64,000 nucleotides of DNA from Bacteroidota bacterium (GCA_022708105.1 JAKIZI010000001.1:16942-80941); one strand, 5' to 3'; shown: positions 28,845 to 39,082, counted from the first letter of the stretch. Translations and numbers: made by a program. Notes: generated from the sequence alone by a model not told the origin.

Positions 28845-29624
28845 TTATTCAAAATTAAGGTAAGGCTCCAGTTTTTCGAGCAATTCTTTATAAGCATGTG
28901 TGCATTGCTGAAACTCTTGCAATGAGTTGATTTTTCCGGTTTTTTCTCTATATTTTATTACAGATTTTGCCAAATAAGCATCAAAATAAGGATGGCGAAC
29001 CAATTCTTTATAAGAATCTTTATTCACATATATTTGCTTTATTCCTTCCGGATTAACTTCAAAATATGTTTCCAGGTAATCCATTTCGATATCTTTAATT
29101 ATAAAAATTTCATGTAGTTGACTCAATTTTGCATACCCACCCAATCGTTCCCGATATTCTATAATTTTCAAAGCCCTCTTCACTCCAAATCGGGGAATTT
29201 TTACAATTTCATCCGTATCACAACTATTTAATTCAACTTTCATCAAACGATAAGCCGGACTTGACTTGATAGAAAATTGTCGCTTAGAAGTATCATTTTC
29301 TTTTTTTGAGATATAATCATTCCTTCTTTTTCTTTCGTAATATTCATAATTAAAGCGATTTTTTTTCTTATATGTAGAATATCGCTGTTCATAAGCTTCC
29401 TGTCTCTTCTCTCGTTCTCTTGCATGCGAATCTGCAAGGAAAAGTTGTTGTTTTTCAAACTCATGAATTTCATTTTGATAGCCAATCAGATCAAAATCAG
29501 AATCTGTATGCTCTTCATACAAATAGTAAATCAGAAATGAAAAAAGAATAAGAAGTAAAAGTAGTATAATTGCACTCCATTCTCCTCTTGAAAAATTAAA
29601 ATAGTTTTTGAATTGTAAAGCCAT
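28845..29624 (-). CDS. ComEA-like helix-hairpin-helix DNA-binding protein
   Basis: N-terminal TM and two HhH-like units (DEIVKIPRFGVKRALKIIEYRERLGGY; AYLAKSVIKYREKTGKINSLQEF). Confidence 0.55.
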   Translation of the reverse strand: MALQFKNYFNFSRGEWSAIILLLLLILFSFLIYYLYEEHTDSDFDLIGYQNEIHEFEKQQLFLADSHAREREKRQEAYEQRYSTYKKKNRFNYEYYERKRRNDYISKKENDTSKRQFSIKSSPAYRLMKVELNSCDTDEIVKIPRFGVKRALKIIEYRERLGGYAKLSQLHEIFIIKDIEMDYLETYFEVNPEGIKQIYVNKDSYKELVRHPYFDAYLAKSVIKYREKTGKINSLQEFQQCTHAYKELLEKLEPYLNFE

Positions 29625-29837
29625 ATCACATATTTTTGTTCCAGGTTCATAAATACAAATATACTACATTTATTAATGATTTGTTATTTTATTATATTGT
29701 TTTGAATAAATAATAATTCTTTTACACTCTTCTTCTTTTATTTATACTAATTAATCAAGATTAAAAAGAAAACATTTTCTGAAGCGTAATTTCATCTTTT
29801 TAGAAACAATTCGAAAGAATCGTATAATAAAAATACC

Positions 29838-29845
29838 TATTTTTG
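29838..29845 (+). promoter_or_regulatory. Bacteroidota -7 promoter box (TAnnTTTG)
   Basis: TATTTTTG lies 45 nt upstream of the ATG at 29891. Confidence 0.45.
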
Positions 29846-29890
29846 TAGTTTCAATAAATTTATATTGAATTACACTGATAAATCAATGGT

Positions 29891-30547
29891 ATGAATAAGC
29901 TTATCCGAACAACATTACTTATCATCATCATCTTTACTTTCCACGCATGTACTCGTACAGAAACGGCATATCATCCGAATGGAGCGGTAAAATCGGTCAT
30001 CACATATAAAGGGAAGAAAGAGCACGGATTAATGACCTATTATCGGGCAGATGGCGTTAAAGAACTTGAAATCAATATGGTCAATGGAAAAAAGGAAGGA
30101 AAAATGACACGTTGGTTCAATGCCAATAAAATTGAATCGAAAACTGATTATAAAAATGATCTTAAAGATGGTGTTGAAATTTTATATAATATAGACGGAT
30201 ATAAAAGCATGGAAACTTACTATAAAGAGGGAAAAAAGCATGGTTATTACGCTACTTGGCACAATAAAGATCAGATTAAAGAAGAAGGTGCTTTTTGGAA
30301 TGACCTTTTTGATGGGCAATGGAATTATTATGATCAACGAGGGTTTCCGGTCGGTGAAGCAAATTTCAACAAAGGAGCAGGCGAACAGATTGCTTTTGAT
30401 CTTCAGGGAAATCTAATGCAAATTACCACATACAAGGATAATAAAAAAAATGGAAAAGAGATTGAGTTTAATCCAAAAGGAGATACAATCAGAATAACTA
30501 TTTTCGAAAACGAGCGTATTCTTGACCAACAAGAATTCAAACAATAG
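29891..30547 (+). CDS. MORN-repeat-variant / YwqK-family lipoprotein
   Basis: Lipobox-like FHAC. Repeated G.K.G....Y..nG units (KGKKEHGLMTYY, NGKKEGKMTRWF, LKDGVEILY, EGKKHGYYATWH, LFDGQWNYY, NKKNGKEIEF). Confidence 0.65.
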   Translation: MNKLIRTTLLIIIIFTFHACTRTETAYHPNGAVKSVITYKGKKEHGLMTYYRADGVKELEINMVNGKKEGKMTRWFNANKIESKTDYKNDLKDGVEILYNIDGYKSMETYYKEGKKHGYYATWHNKDQIKEEGAFWNDLFDGQWNYYDQRGFPVGEANFNKGAGEQIAFDLQGNLMQITTYKDNKKNGKEIEFNPKGDTIRITIFENERILDQQEFKQ

Positions 30548-30554
30548 CGATAAG

Positions 30555-32120
30555 ATGTCAACACCCAATTTCTTTTGCAAATCTACTTATATTTTTATCT
30601 TCTTATTAGGAATATTTCTATCTGTTTCCGCACAAAACAGTCCAAAAAAAATAAATTTCAGAGCTGATCGATTGGAATATGATGAAGCCTATTTGCCCGG
30701 AGTTGACCGTTTTAAAGGGAATGTCGTATTTACTCATGACCAAACAACCGGGTATTGCGATAGTGCACATTTTTACAAAGACAGAAACTATATGGAAGGA
30801 TTTGGCGAGCGAATCCGTATAGACCTCAACGATTCACTCACTCTTTATGGAAAACATCTCACTTATGACGCAGATCGGAAAATTATTACTATTTCACGTA
30901 ATGTCATTTTGCGAGATAATAATTCTGCTCTGTATACGGATAGTTTGGTCTATCATACAAATACAGAACACGGATACTACTTAACCGGGGGAAGAATGGT
31001 TAGCAAAGATAATATTCTTACAAGTTTAATAGGAAATTACTATACAAATTTAAATCGAATTATTTTAGAAGGCACAGTTAAATTGGTGAACAATTCCTAT
31101 CAAATGACCTGTGATTCTCTTTCTTATAACACAGAAACCGAAACCGCTTATTTCATTTCTCGAACAAAATTAATGTCCGAAGAAAATATCATTTATACTA
31201 ATTCGGGGTGGTACAACACGAAGAGAGATGTAACCTTGCTGGTAGACAGTGTTGAACTTCATAAGAAAGCCCAATTTCTCACGGGAGATAGTATTTATTA
31301 CGATAAAAATTTACGATTCGGAATTGGGCATCAAAATATTGTGGTAATTGATAGTTCTAAAAACTACATCATCAAAGGGAATTACTTAGAACATTATGAA
31401 TTGGGAGGGACCTCTGTCGTGACAGACAGCAGTTTAGTAATTCTTATTGAAAACGAGGATTCACTCTATCTTCATGCAGATACCATTAAAATCTTTTTTG
31501 ATTCGCTGCAAGAACCTCAACACATACAAGCCTATAATAAAGTTAAATTTTATCGGAATGACATGCAAGGGGCTTGCGATTCTCTATCATACCTTACACA
31601 TGATTCTATTCTAATCATGTATTATAATCCCGTCATTTGGTCGGGGATGAATCAACTTAGCGCTGACACAATACGTTTTTATATAGAAGATTCATCCAAT
31701 ATCCGCGTTCACCTTATCAAATCAGGATTTATTGTTTCATCTCTCTTTGAAGAAACAGAATTTAATCAAATTAAAGGTTTAACGATTACAGGTTATATTA
31801 AAAATCAAGAATTAAAGCGCGTTGATGTAAATGGGAATGCCGAGTGTCTTTATTATATCCAAGAAGAAGACAGCTCATTAGTGGGCATTAATTCATCTGC
31901 AACGAGTGAAATGCGTATTTTCTTAGAAAACAATGAAGTAACCTCCATCACTTTTTTCAATTCTCCTGACGGGATTCTCCATCCTGACAGTATGTTAACA
32001 CAAAAAGAAAGATTATTACGAGATTTCAGATGGTTAATCCAATACAGGGCTCTTAGTCCGAAAGACATTTTTCACACTCCTATTCCCAGGTACAAAGTTA
32101 TTCCCGAAGAGGAAAATTAG
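30555..32120 (+). CDS. OstA-like (LptA/LptD N-terminal fold) repeat protein
   Basis: Signal peptide from the ATG at 30555 (MSTPNFFCKSTYIFIFLLGIFLSVSAQ). Repeated beta-jellyroll-like segments (FKGNVVFTHD..., CDSLSY...) are typical of Bacteroidota OstA-like proteins. Confidence 0.45.
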   Translation: MSTPNFFCKSTYIFIFLLGIFLSVSAQNSPKKINFRADRLEYDEAYLPGVDRFKGNVVFTHDQTTGYCDSAHFYKDRNYMEGFGERIRIDLNDSLTLYGKHLTYDADRKIITISRNVILRDNNSALYTDSLVYHTNTEHGYYLTGGRMVSKDNILTSLIGNYYTNLNRIILEGTVKLVNNSYQMTCDSLSYNTETETAYFISRTKLMSEENIIYTNSGWYNTKRDVTLLVDSVELHKKAQFLTGDSIYYDKNLRFGIGHQNIVVIDSSKNYIIKGNYLEHYELGGTSVVTDSSLVILIENEDSLYLHADTIKIFFDSLQEPQHIQAYNKVKFYRNDMQGACDSLSYLTHDSILIMYYNPVIWSGMNQLSADTIRFYIEDSSNIRVHLIKSGFIVSSLFEETEFNQIKGLTITGYIKNQELKRVDVNGNAECLYYIQEEDSSLVGINSSATSEMRIFLENNEVTSITFFNSPDGILHPDSMLTQKERLLRDFRWLIQYRALSPKDIFHTPIPRYKVIPEEEN

Positions 32121-33083
32121 TTAAAAAATACCTTCTTTGATAATATCATGAAGGTGGATTACCCCTACATATTGTTCTTGATCGTTTATTACAAAAAGAT
32201 TGGTAATATTTTTCTTTTTCATTAGTTCAAGGGCTTCGATGGCAAGCGCATTGAAATGAATTTTTTTGGGATTACGCGTCATGATATCCTTTGCCAACAA
32301 GTGATCATAAGTTTCATTTTTCTCCAACATTCTTCTCAAATCACCATCGGTAATGGCACCCACAATTTTATTATCTTCCACAACTGCGGTGACTCCCAGG
32401 CATTTTCCTGAGATTTCAAGAATAGCAGCTTTAATTGAATCAGATTCTTTAATTTGAGGCAATTCATTGAATTTAGAAAGGTCATTAACTTTCACATAGA
32501 GTCTTTTTCCAAGAATTCCCCCCGGATGAAATTTTGCAAAATCTTTTGAAGAAAATCCTCGTCGTTCAATCAAGCAACTGGCTAAAGCATCCCCCATGGC
32601 CAATTGTGCCGTTGAACTGCAAGTTGGGGCTAAATTATTCGGGCAGGCTTCTTTTTCCACAGAGCAGTCCAAGACAAAATCGGCTTCTCCCGCCAAAAAG
32701 GAATTTCGATTTCCTACCATGGCAATTAATTTATTATGGCTCATTTTAAGAAAAGGAACCAAGACGGAAATTTCCGGAGTATTCCCACTTTTTGAAAGAC
32801 AGAGTACCACATCATCAGGTTGAATAATCCCTAAATCACCATGAATGGCATCTGCAGCATGCATGAAAACGGCAGGAGTCCCGGTAGAATTAAAGGTTGC
32901 CACAATTTTTTGAGCTATTATAGCGCTTTTGCCAATACCTGTAACCACAACCCTTCCTTTGGCTTGCATAATAAGCTCAACACTTTTAACAAAATCATCA
33001 TTAATAAATTGCTTTAAATGAAGTAATGAATCAGCTTCCATCTGAAGAACTTCAACGGCCAATTCCTTTATTTTCTCATTCAT
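32121..33083 (-). CDS. kdsD: arabinose-5-phosphate isomerase (KpsF/GutQ family, SIS plus 2 CBS)
   Basis: SIS motif VVVTGIGKSAIIAQKIVATFNSTGTPA, LSKSGNT, and tandem CBS domains at the C-terminus. Confidence 0.85.
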   Translation of the reverse strand: MNEKIKELAVEVLQMEADSLLHLKQFINDDFVKSVELIMQAKGRVVVTGIGKSAIIAQKIVATFNSTGTPAVFMHAADAIHGDLGIIQPDDVVLCLSKSGNTPEISVLVPFLKMSHNKLIAMVGNRNSFLAGEADFVLDCSVEKEACPNNLAPTCSSTAQLAMGDALASCLIERRGFSSKDFAKFHPGGILGKRLYVKVNDLSKFNELPQIKESDSIKAAILEISGKCLGVTAVVEDNKIVGAITDGDLRRMLEKNETYDHLLAKDIMTRNPKKIHFNALAIEALELMKKKNITNLFVINDQEQYVGVIHLHDIIKEGIF

Positions 33084-33100
33084 AATAAATCAGTTATTGC

Positions 33101-33883
33101 TTATTGTTTGTCAATTAATGGAGTGAATTTGGAAGGTATTCGGATGGTAGTGGGTCCCGGCACATTCATTTTCACATTTTTTAATTCTCCTTCCAATACC
33201 ATATCAAAACTTTCAACTTCCAGGCGAATTTTACTATAAAAAGGGAACCCGGAAATCATCTTGTATTCGTCATATCGTGCCAACAATGAATATCTTAAGC
33301 CAAGATCGGTAATTTCATTCATCGCCATTGTAAAATCAGGATTCAAAAGTACTTGTTGCATAATATTCATCTTTGCACTCGAGTGGGTTCTATGTGGTGA
33401 AGTCAGATGAAGCAAACTATCTTGTTCAAAAAAATCAAGTTCCGGAGTAAAACCTTTCAGATCAACAGCATTTAGTAAAGATTGCAGAAGATAAAAATCT
33501 ATGGGCACCCCAACTACAGATGTTAAAGGTTCATAACCTCCCTGATAATAGGACTCACTCATTTTATTCACGTAAATAACCTCATCCGGAGTGAAAACCA
33601 TTCGCAGTAATTCTATTCCTGATTTATTAAAATTCAAATAAATAATACTATCTATTCGATTAACCACAAAAATCTGAATTTGGGGAGGTTGTTCTTCCTC
33701 AGTAGTTATCTTGGCTTTTATTTGAAAAGAAATCCATTGATAGTTAATTTGTGGCAAAGAGAACTTGTCAGTTTTATCGTCTTGTATGTAAGTAGAATCT
33801 GAAGGTAAATCCTGAGCTAAAGAATTTATTACAGGGAATATAGCTATACTTAATAGCAAAAAAACAATTTTTCTATTCATCAT
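33101..33883 (-). CDS. DUF4292-like (LolB-fold) secreted protein
   Basis: Signal peptide. The pattern SIIYLNFNKSGIELLRMVFTPDEVIYVNK...DFYLLQSLL is recalled from the DUF4292 family. Confidence 0.4.
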   Translation of the reverse strand: MMNRKIVFLLLSIAIFPVINSLAQDLPSDSTYIQDDKTDKFSLPQINYQWISFQIKAKITTEEEQPPQIQIFVVNRIDSIIYLNFNKSGIELLRMVFTPDEVIYVNKMSESYYQGGYEPLTSVVGVPIDFYLLQSLLNAVDLKGFTPELDFFEQDSLLHLTSPHRTHSSAKMNIMQQVLLNPDFTMAMNEITDLGLRYSLLARYDEYKMISGFPFYSKIRLEVESFDMVLEGELKNVKMNVPGPTTIRIPSKFTPLIDKQ

Positions 33884-33912
33884 ATATCAATAACGCCTTA
33901 ATGGGGAATAAA

Positions 33913-35742
33913 TTATCTTATGACAGTTACAGTTCCTGTATATTTACGTTGAAATCCATCAATTGACTCAATTACAAAATGATACACATAGACATCTGCA
34001 GGCACAAGTTTGCCTTTTACTTTTCCATCCCAAGTACCGTAAAGTTCTGTTGTATAATAAATAAGTTCTCCAAAACTATTATATATAGACATTTCGTAAT
34101 TATTGGGAGAAACGCCCACCCCTGTAGGTGCAAAAACCTCATTCAATCCATTAATATTAGGAGTGAAGGCATTTGGAATATAAAATTCAAAAGGAGTCGT
34201 TACCGTAACAACTCTGCTGATAGAATCTTTACAATTCTCTACTGTAGAAACGACCAACCAAACAGTATAAATACCGGAATGAGTGTAAGAATAGCTTGGA
34301 GACATTTCAGACGATTGATTTCCTGTTGCATTGAAATCTCCGAAATTCCATGCCCATATATCTGCATCTTGAGATAAATTGGTAAAATTTGCTACTGCAA
34401 ATCCATTTTCGATTTCCAATTCTGCTTGTGAGATAGCAAAATCTGCTGCCGGAGAAGGATTGACCACAACTGATGCCGTTCCTGAACATCCATACGCATC
34501 TGTCACTGTAACCGTATAGGTCGTGGGAATATCAATATCAGGAAAGATAGAGGGAGATGTTTCTCCTGTATTCCACAAATAAGTATATTGCGGTGAATTG
34601 GGAGAAACAGTTATCGGTTTTCCTTCACAAACCGGTGAAGATAGTGTAACCACAGAGGCCTGACCTAACTCAGCTGTCGCTGTGGCTGTAGCAGAACATC
34701 CACCATTTGCAGTTCCGGTAACCGTATAAACAGTTGTAACGGTAGGGCTTACTGTAATGGATGGCGTAGTTTCACCGGTACTCCACAAATAGGTAGTTCC
34801 ACCGGAAGCAGTAAAGGTAACAGTATCTCCGGCGCATAAGCCTTGAAGAGAAGGGGTTATCACAATATTGGGTTGGGTTGTTATTAAAACCGTTGTAGAG
34901 GCAACACCTGTATCTCCGTCAAAGATCATTGTTAAAGTGTATTCACCTGACATCGAAGTTGTTGTATTTTGTATCACGGGATTTTGCAAATTAGATGTCC
35001 ACCCATTAGGACCTGTCCAAGAGTAAGTAGCTCCTGCTTCACTATTGTGACAAGTGAGATAGAGAGTAGCTCCCGCACACAAAGGTCCGTTGTTGCTCAC
35101 GGGAGCAAGCAAAGAACAATCGGTAGTAGCAGATGATACATTTTCCCGATTAAAAGTAATAATTCCGGCTTCCAATGAAAAGTTTGTTAAAATTATCAAA
35201 TAATACTCTCCTACCTGAGCATTGGGAATATAACACCATTCATAACCTGAAGGGTCAAAACTGCAATCCACAACATTTCCGGCCGGATAACCTCCCCATG
35301 TAGTCGGATCCGTTGGAGAATGATACCCATCATAAACAAAGTGACTCCCCATATCTTGATCATCAAGAGTGTAGCCTCCGGAGCACAAATTTTGAATAAA
35401 TTGTTCTTGTGTATTCGCTTGAAAAGGTCCCCAACAAGCAAAATCAACATCTAATTCATATCCTCCGTTAATAGATTGTTGTTCAATATAAATTAATAAA
35501 TCTCCCGGGGTAGCAATACGAAGATAGTAATAAGCAGGGGCAGGATAGCTATACAAACAACTATAACCATTCGGACCTAAAAAATCATCTGCAGAACCGC
35601 TGGTTGCCGTATAATAGGTTACACCATACGGATTTGCTTCTGTGCAAAACGGATGAATTCCATCAGGATCACAAGGAGATTGAGCGTAAATTGAATTCAA
35701 AAAAACACTTATCAAAAAAAGAATTAAATAATATTTTTTCAT
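33913..35742 (-). CDS. T9SS type-B (gliding-motility-associated) C-terminal domain surface protein, paralogue A
   Basis: Signal peptide from the ATG at 35742 (the track start at 35757 is a TTG). Cys-rich N-terminal module (SPCDPDGIHPFC...DVDFACWGPF), Ig-like repeats (YSWTGPNGWTSNLQNPVIQNTT), a PKD-like module, and C-terminal FTPNINGLNEVF...GTVTVIR. Confidence 0.75.
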   Translation of the reverse strand: MKKYYLILFLISVFLNSIYAQSPCDPDGIHPFCTEANPYGVTYYTATSGSADDFLGPNGYSCLYSYPAPAYYYLRIATPGDLLIYIEQQSINGGYELDVDFACWGPFQANTQEQFIQNLCSGGYTLDDQDMGSHFVYDGYHSPTDPTTWGGYPAGNVVDCSFDPSGYEWCYIPNAQVGEYYLIILTNFSLEAGIITFNRENVSSATTDCSLLAPVSNNGPLCAGATLYLTCHNSEAGATYSWTGPNGWTSNLQNPVIQNTTTSMSGEYTLTMIFDGDTGVASTTVLITTQPNIVITPSLQGLCAGDTVTFTASGGTTYLWSTGETTPSITVSPTVTTVYTVTGTANGGCSATATATAELGQASVVTLSSPVCEGKPITVSPNSPQYTYLWNTGETSPSIFPDIDIPTTYTVTVTDAYGCSGTASVVVNPSPAADFAISQAELEIENGFAVANFTNLSQDADIWAWNFGDFNATGNQSSEMSPSYSYTHSGIYTVWLVVSTVENCKDSISRVVTVTTPFEFYIPNAFTPNINGLNEVFAPTGVGVSPNNYEMSIYNSFGELIYYTTELYGTWDGKVKGKLVPADVYVYHFVIESIDGFQRKYTGTVTVIR

Positions 35743-35885
35743 GCTTAGAATGTTCAACTAATTTGAGTTAAAAAATCAACGTTTATTTTAGATTCATAAA
35801 TTAAAAACTAAAGAGTACCTGCAACTTGCCAGCTATTAGAAAAAATTAATCAGAACTACATTAAAAATTCAAAAAAAAGCGATAA

Positions 35886-37730
35886 TTATCTTATTAAAGT
35901 GACAGTTCCGTAATAAATCTTTTCATCTTCACTAAAATCATACAATGTAATTCTATAAACATATACTCCCAAAGGAGCAATTTCTCCATTGGGCAAAGAG
36001 CCATTCCACCCACCAAAAAGCTCATTCGTCTTAAATATTAATTGTCCGTATTGGTTATAAATTACCATTTCATAATTTTCAGGCATAATACCAATTCCTT
36101 TGGGTGCGAAAATATCATTAAGACCATTTTGACGATAAGGAGTAAATGAATTGGGAACATAAAAATTAAATGGAGTTGTAATGAGCACTCTTCGACAAAG
36201 AGTATCGGCACAATTATGAGCGGTAGAAACCACCTGACAAATATTGTACAATCCAGGTCTTGTATAAACATATAATGGGGAAGGCACATCAGAAAAATTT
36301 CCGGAAGCTCCCTGATCTCCGAAACTCCATTTCCAAAATTCAGTTCCTTCCGATAAGTCGGTAAAGTTAATCACAGCCATTCCTTCTTCCATCTCTTTGG
36401 AATACGCATCCGCAATAAAATCAGCAACAGGGGTTGGATAAACCATAATGGAGTCTGTCACAACACAACCATTGGTATCTGTTATAACTACAACGTATTG
36501 GGTAGGAACACTCACTTGAGGAAGGATTGAATAAGATGTTTCACCTGAATTCCAAACATAACGCACAGAAGGATCGTAGGGAGACACTGAAACTCTGTTC
36601 CCTGAGCAAATCTCATCAAGTAAAGAATAACTATTGGTTTGGCCGTATCTAATGGTAGCAGATGACGAAGAAACACACCCAAAATCAGAGGTAACCGTCA
36701 CAGAATATGTTTCAGTTTGTGTTGGAACAACCGTTATGATTGAATCGGTACTCCCGTTACTCCATTCATAAGTTCCGCCTCCGGAAGCTTGAAGAGAAAT
36801 CGTATCTCCGTCACAAACAGCAGGATTCGGAGGGGTAATATTGACAACTGGGAGTGGGTAAATTTGGACAGAGGTGCTTTCGGTAAAAGTTTCACCCTGA
36901 TGAATCATTTGAAATGTATATGTTCCGGACATTGCGGCAGTAGTATTCTGAATAACAGGATTTTGCAAATTTGAAGTCCAGTTATTCGGGCCTGTCCATG
37001 AATAGGTAGCTCCGGCTTGGTAATTGTCGCATGTAAAAATAAGTGTCTCCCCTTCGCACAAAGGTCCGTTATGGCTTACTGAAGCCAAGAGAGAACAGTC
37101 TGTATTTGCAGAACCAGAAGATTGGGAAAAAGTAATCGTTCCGGCGCTTCTCGAATAATTTGTAAGAAGTAAAATATAATATTGTCCTACTTGAGCATTG
37201 GGAATATAGCACCATTCAGTTCCGACAGCACTATAACTACAATCCACTAAATTTCCGTTTGGATAGCCCCCCCAAGAGCTTGGATTATTGGGGTCATGAT
37301 ATCCGCCTGAAGGCACATGGCTCCCGCTGGTCACGTTATCCAAATTATACTGTCCTGTACAAAGATTATTGATAAATGCAGATTCATTCGAAGCATTAAA
37401 AGGGCCCCAGCATGCAAAGTCAACATCAATTTCATATCCGCCAACTGATACTTGTCTTATATGAATTAAAAGATCTCCGGGAGAAGAAATTCTGAGATAG
37501 TAATAAGCAGGAGCTGGCATACTATACAAACAGGCATAACTGGAAGAACCAAAAAAAGAGGAAGCATCACCTGATGTTCCCGAATTATATGTGATTCCGT
37601 ATGGATTATCATCAGTACAGAATGGATTTATTCCATTAACATCACAAGGCGATTGCGCTCTTAACTGCTGTACCCCAGATATTAAGAAAAAGAGTCCGAT
37701 AAGAATGCAAAGAATACTTCGATTTTTCAT
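35886..37730 (-). CDS. T9SS type-B C-terminal domain surface protein, paralogue B
   Basis: 614 aa, colinear with paralogue A (SPCDVNGINPFC...DVDFACWGPF, YSWTGPNNWTSNLQNPVIQNTT, FTPYRQNGLNDIF...GTVTLIR). Confidence 0.75.
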   Translation of the reverse strand: MKNRSILCILIGLFFLISGVQQLRAQSPCDVNGINPFCTDDNPYGITYNSGTSGDASSFFGSSSYACLYSMPAPAYYYLRISSPGDLLIHIRQVSVGGYEIDVDFACWGPFNASNESAFINNLCTGQYNLDNVTSGSHVPSGGYHDPNNPSSWGGYPNGNLVDCSYSAVGTEWCYIPNAQVGQYYILLLTNYSRSAGTITFSQSSGSANTDCSLLASVSHNGPLCEGETLIFTCDNYQAGATYSWTGPNNWTSNLQNPVIQNTTAAMSGTYTFQMIHQGETFTESTSVQIYPLPVVNITPPNPAVCDGDTISLQASGGGTYEWSNGSTDSIITVVPTQTETYSVTVTSDFGCVSSSSATIRYGQTNSYSLLDEICSGNRVSVSPYDPSVRYVWNSGETSYSILPQVSVPTQYVVVITDTNGCVVTDSIMVYPTPVADFIADAYSKEMEEGMAVINFTDLSEGTEFWKWSFGDQGASGNFSDVPSPLYVYTRPGLYNICQVVSTAHNCADTLCRRVLITTPFNFYVPNSFTPYRQNGLNDIFAPKGIGIMPENYEMVIYNQYGQLIFKTNELFGGWNGSLPNGEIAPLGVYVYRITLYDFSEDEKIYYGTVTLIR

Positions 37731-37912
37731 ACAATAAAGCCTATTTTATATTTTTTTAGATACATGGCAAAAATACATTTATTTTCCAAAAAAACAATGC
37801 AAATTTTTCATATATTAGATTTGTAAATAATCCTTTTTATTCATCATTAAAATAGACAATATAAGTTATTCAATGTTGCCAATAATGAAATAAATTTTAT
37901 ATTATTTTAAAT

Positions 37913-37956
37913 AAAAAGAAAAAAACAGGTTGATAATATTAATTTATCAACCTGTT
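37913..37956 (-). terminator. intrinsic terminator downstream of tRNA-Ala
   Basis: Perfect 13-bp inverted repeat aacaggttgataa / ttatcaacctgtt (37924-37936 and 37944-37956) with a 7-nt loop. On the minus strand it is followed by a T-run (the A-run 37913-37925 on plus). Confidence 0.75.
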
Positions 37957-37966
37957 CATGTTTTTG

Positions 37967-38040
37967 TGGAGCGTACGGGAGTCGAACCCGTGACCTTTAG
38001 ACTGCCAGTCTAACGCTCTAGCCAACTGAGCTAACGCCCC
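37967..38040 (-). tRNA. tRNA-Ala (anticodon GGC)
   Basis: The reverse complement GGGGCGTTAGCTCAGTTGGCTAGAGCGTTAGACTGGCAGTCTAAAGGTCACGGGTTCGACTCCCGTACGCTCCA folds as a cloverleaf. It has a 7-bp acceptor stem with the G3:U70 alanine identity pair, anticodon loop CTGGCAG and T-loop GGTTCGA. CCA is not encoded. Confidence 0.9.
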
Positions 38041-38053
38041 AAAAACGAGATCG

Positions 38054-38061
38054 CAAAAGTA
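38054..38061 (-). promoter_or_regulatory. Bacteroidota -7 promoter box (TAnnTTTG) for tRNA-Ala
   Basis: Minus-strand TACTTTTG lies 13 nt upstream of the mature tRNA 5' end. Confidence 0.5.
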
Positions 38062-38105
38062 CAAAAAATATTAATATCACCAACATTAACTCCATTTTTC
38101 TTTCG

Positions 38106-38113
38106 TACCTTTG
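38106..38113 (+). promoter_or_regulatory. Bacteroidota -7 promoter box (TAnnTTTG) for xerD
   Basis: TACCTTTG lies 24 nt upstream of the ATG at 38138. Confidence 0.5.
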
Positions 38114-38137
38114 CACTATAATATATTTTAATCTGCA

Positions 38138-39043
38138 ATGGAACAACTTAATCAGTTTACTTCCGACATCTATGTCAAAATGTTTTACCAATATCTCCAA
38201 TTAGAGAAATCATATTCGTCTAAAACGATAGAGGCATATATGCATGATCTTAATAAATTATATCTCTTTTTAGAGGAAAAGAAAAGGCTTGAAGAGGTTG
38301 CTCTTGAGGATTTACATTCTTTTTTATCATATTTATATAAGCAACAAATTTCACCCCGAACTCAAGCACGCATCATTTCAGCACTCAAAGGTTTTTATCG
38401 CTATTTAATCTATGAACGAATAATTTCTGAAGATCCTACAGAATTATTAGAATCTCCGAAAATAGGGAGGCATCTCCCCGAAGTTCTTTCTATTCCGGAA
38501 ATTGAATCGATTATCAGAGCCGTTGATTTGAGCACAAATGAAGGACATCGCAACAAAGCCATTATTGAAGTTTTGTACGGGTGTGGTTTACGCGTAAGTG
38601 AACTCATTCAATTGAAAATTTCTCAACTCAGATTTCAGGAAGGATACATCAGAATTATCGGCAAGGGCAATAAGGAACGATTGGTTCCGATAGGTAAAAC
38701 CGCACAAAAAGCAATTCTCTTGTACATGGAAGACCGTTCAAATCTCACCATCAAGAGAGGAAATGAAGATATTCTCTTCCTTAACAGGCGTGGGGGACAA
38801 CTCACACGAGAAATGATTTTTATGATTGTCAAACAGTTAGTCCAACTATCCGGGGTTTCAAAAAATGTAAGTCCACATACTTTCCGGCATTCTTTCGCAA
38901 CTCATCTTATCGAAGGAGGAGCCGATTTGCGTGCCGTCCAAGAGATGTTGGGACACGAAAGCATCACTACAACCGAAATATACACCCACCTGGATAAAGA
39001 GTATATTAAAAGTAATATTTCTCTTTTTCATCCTCGATATTAG
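38138..39043 (+). CDS. xerD: site-specific tyrosine recombinase XerD
   Basis: N-terminal SAM-like domain (LEKSYSSKTIEAYMHDL) and catalytic residues in context (GLRVSEL, HTFRHSFATHLIEGGADLRAVQEMLGHESITTTEIYTH). Confidence 0.85.
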   Translation: MEQLNQFTSDIYVKMFYQYLQLEKSYSSKTIEAYMHDLNKLYLFLEEKKRLEEVALEDLHSFLSYLYKQQISPRTQARIISALKGFYRYLIYERIISEDPTELLESPKIGRHLPEVLSIPEIESIIRAVDLSTNEGHRNKAIIEVLYGCGLRVSELIQLKISQLRFQEGYIRIIGKGNKERLVPIGKTAQKAILLYMEDRSNLTIKRGNEDILFLNRRGGQLTREMIFMIVKQLVQLSGVSKNVSPHTFRHSFATHLIEGGADLRAVQEMLGHESITTTEIYTHLDKEYIKSNISLFHPRY

Positions 39044-39082
39044 AATCATAATTCTTTCTTTCTTTTGTATTTAAAAAAGTTG

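Noticed and set aside
37967-39043. tRNA-Ala next to a tyrosine recombinase as a possible integrative-element attachment site, with the adhesin pair as cargo
   Set aside because: The recombinase has the full housekeeping XerD pattern and lies on the 5' side of the tRNA. The tRNA has its own promoter and terminator. I found no direct repeat of the tRNA 3' end (ggttcgactcccgtacgctcca) elsewhere in the window.
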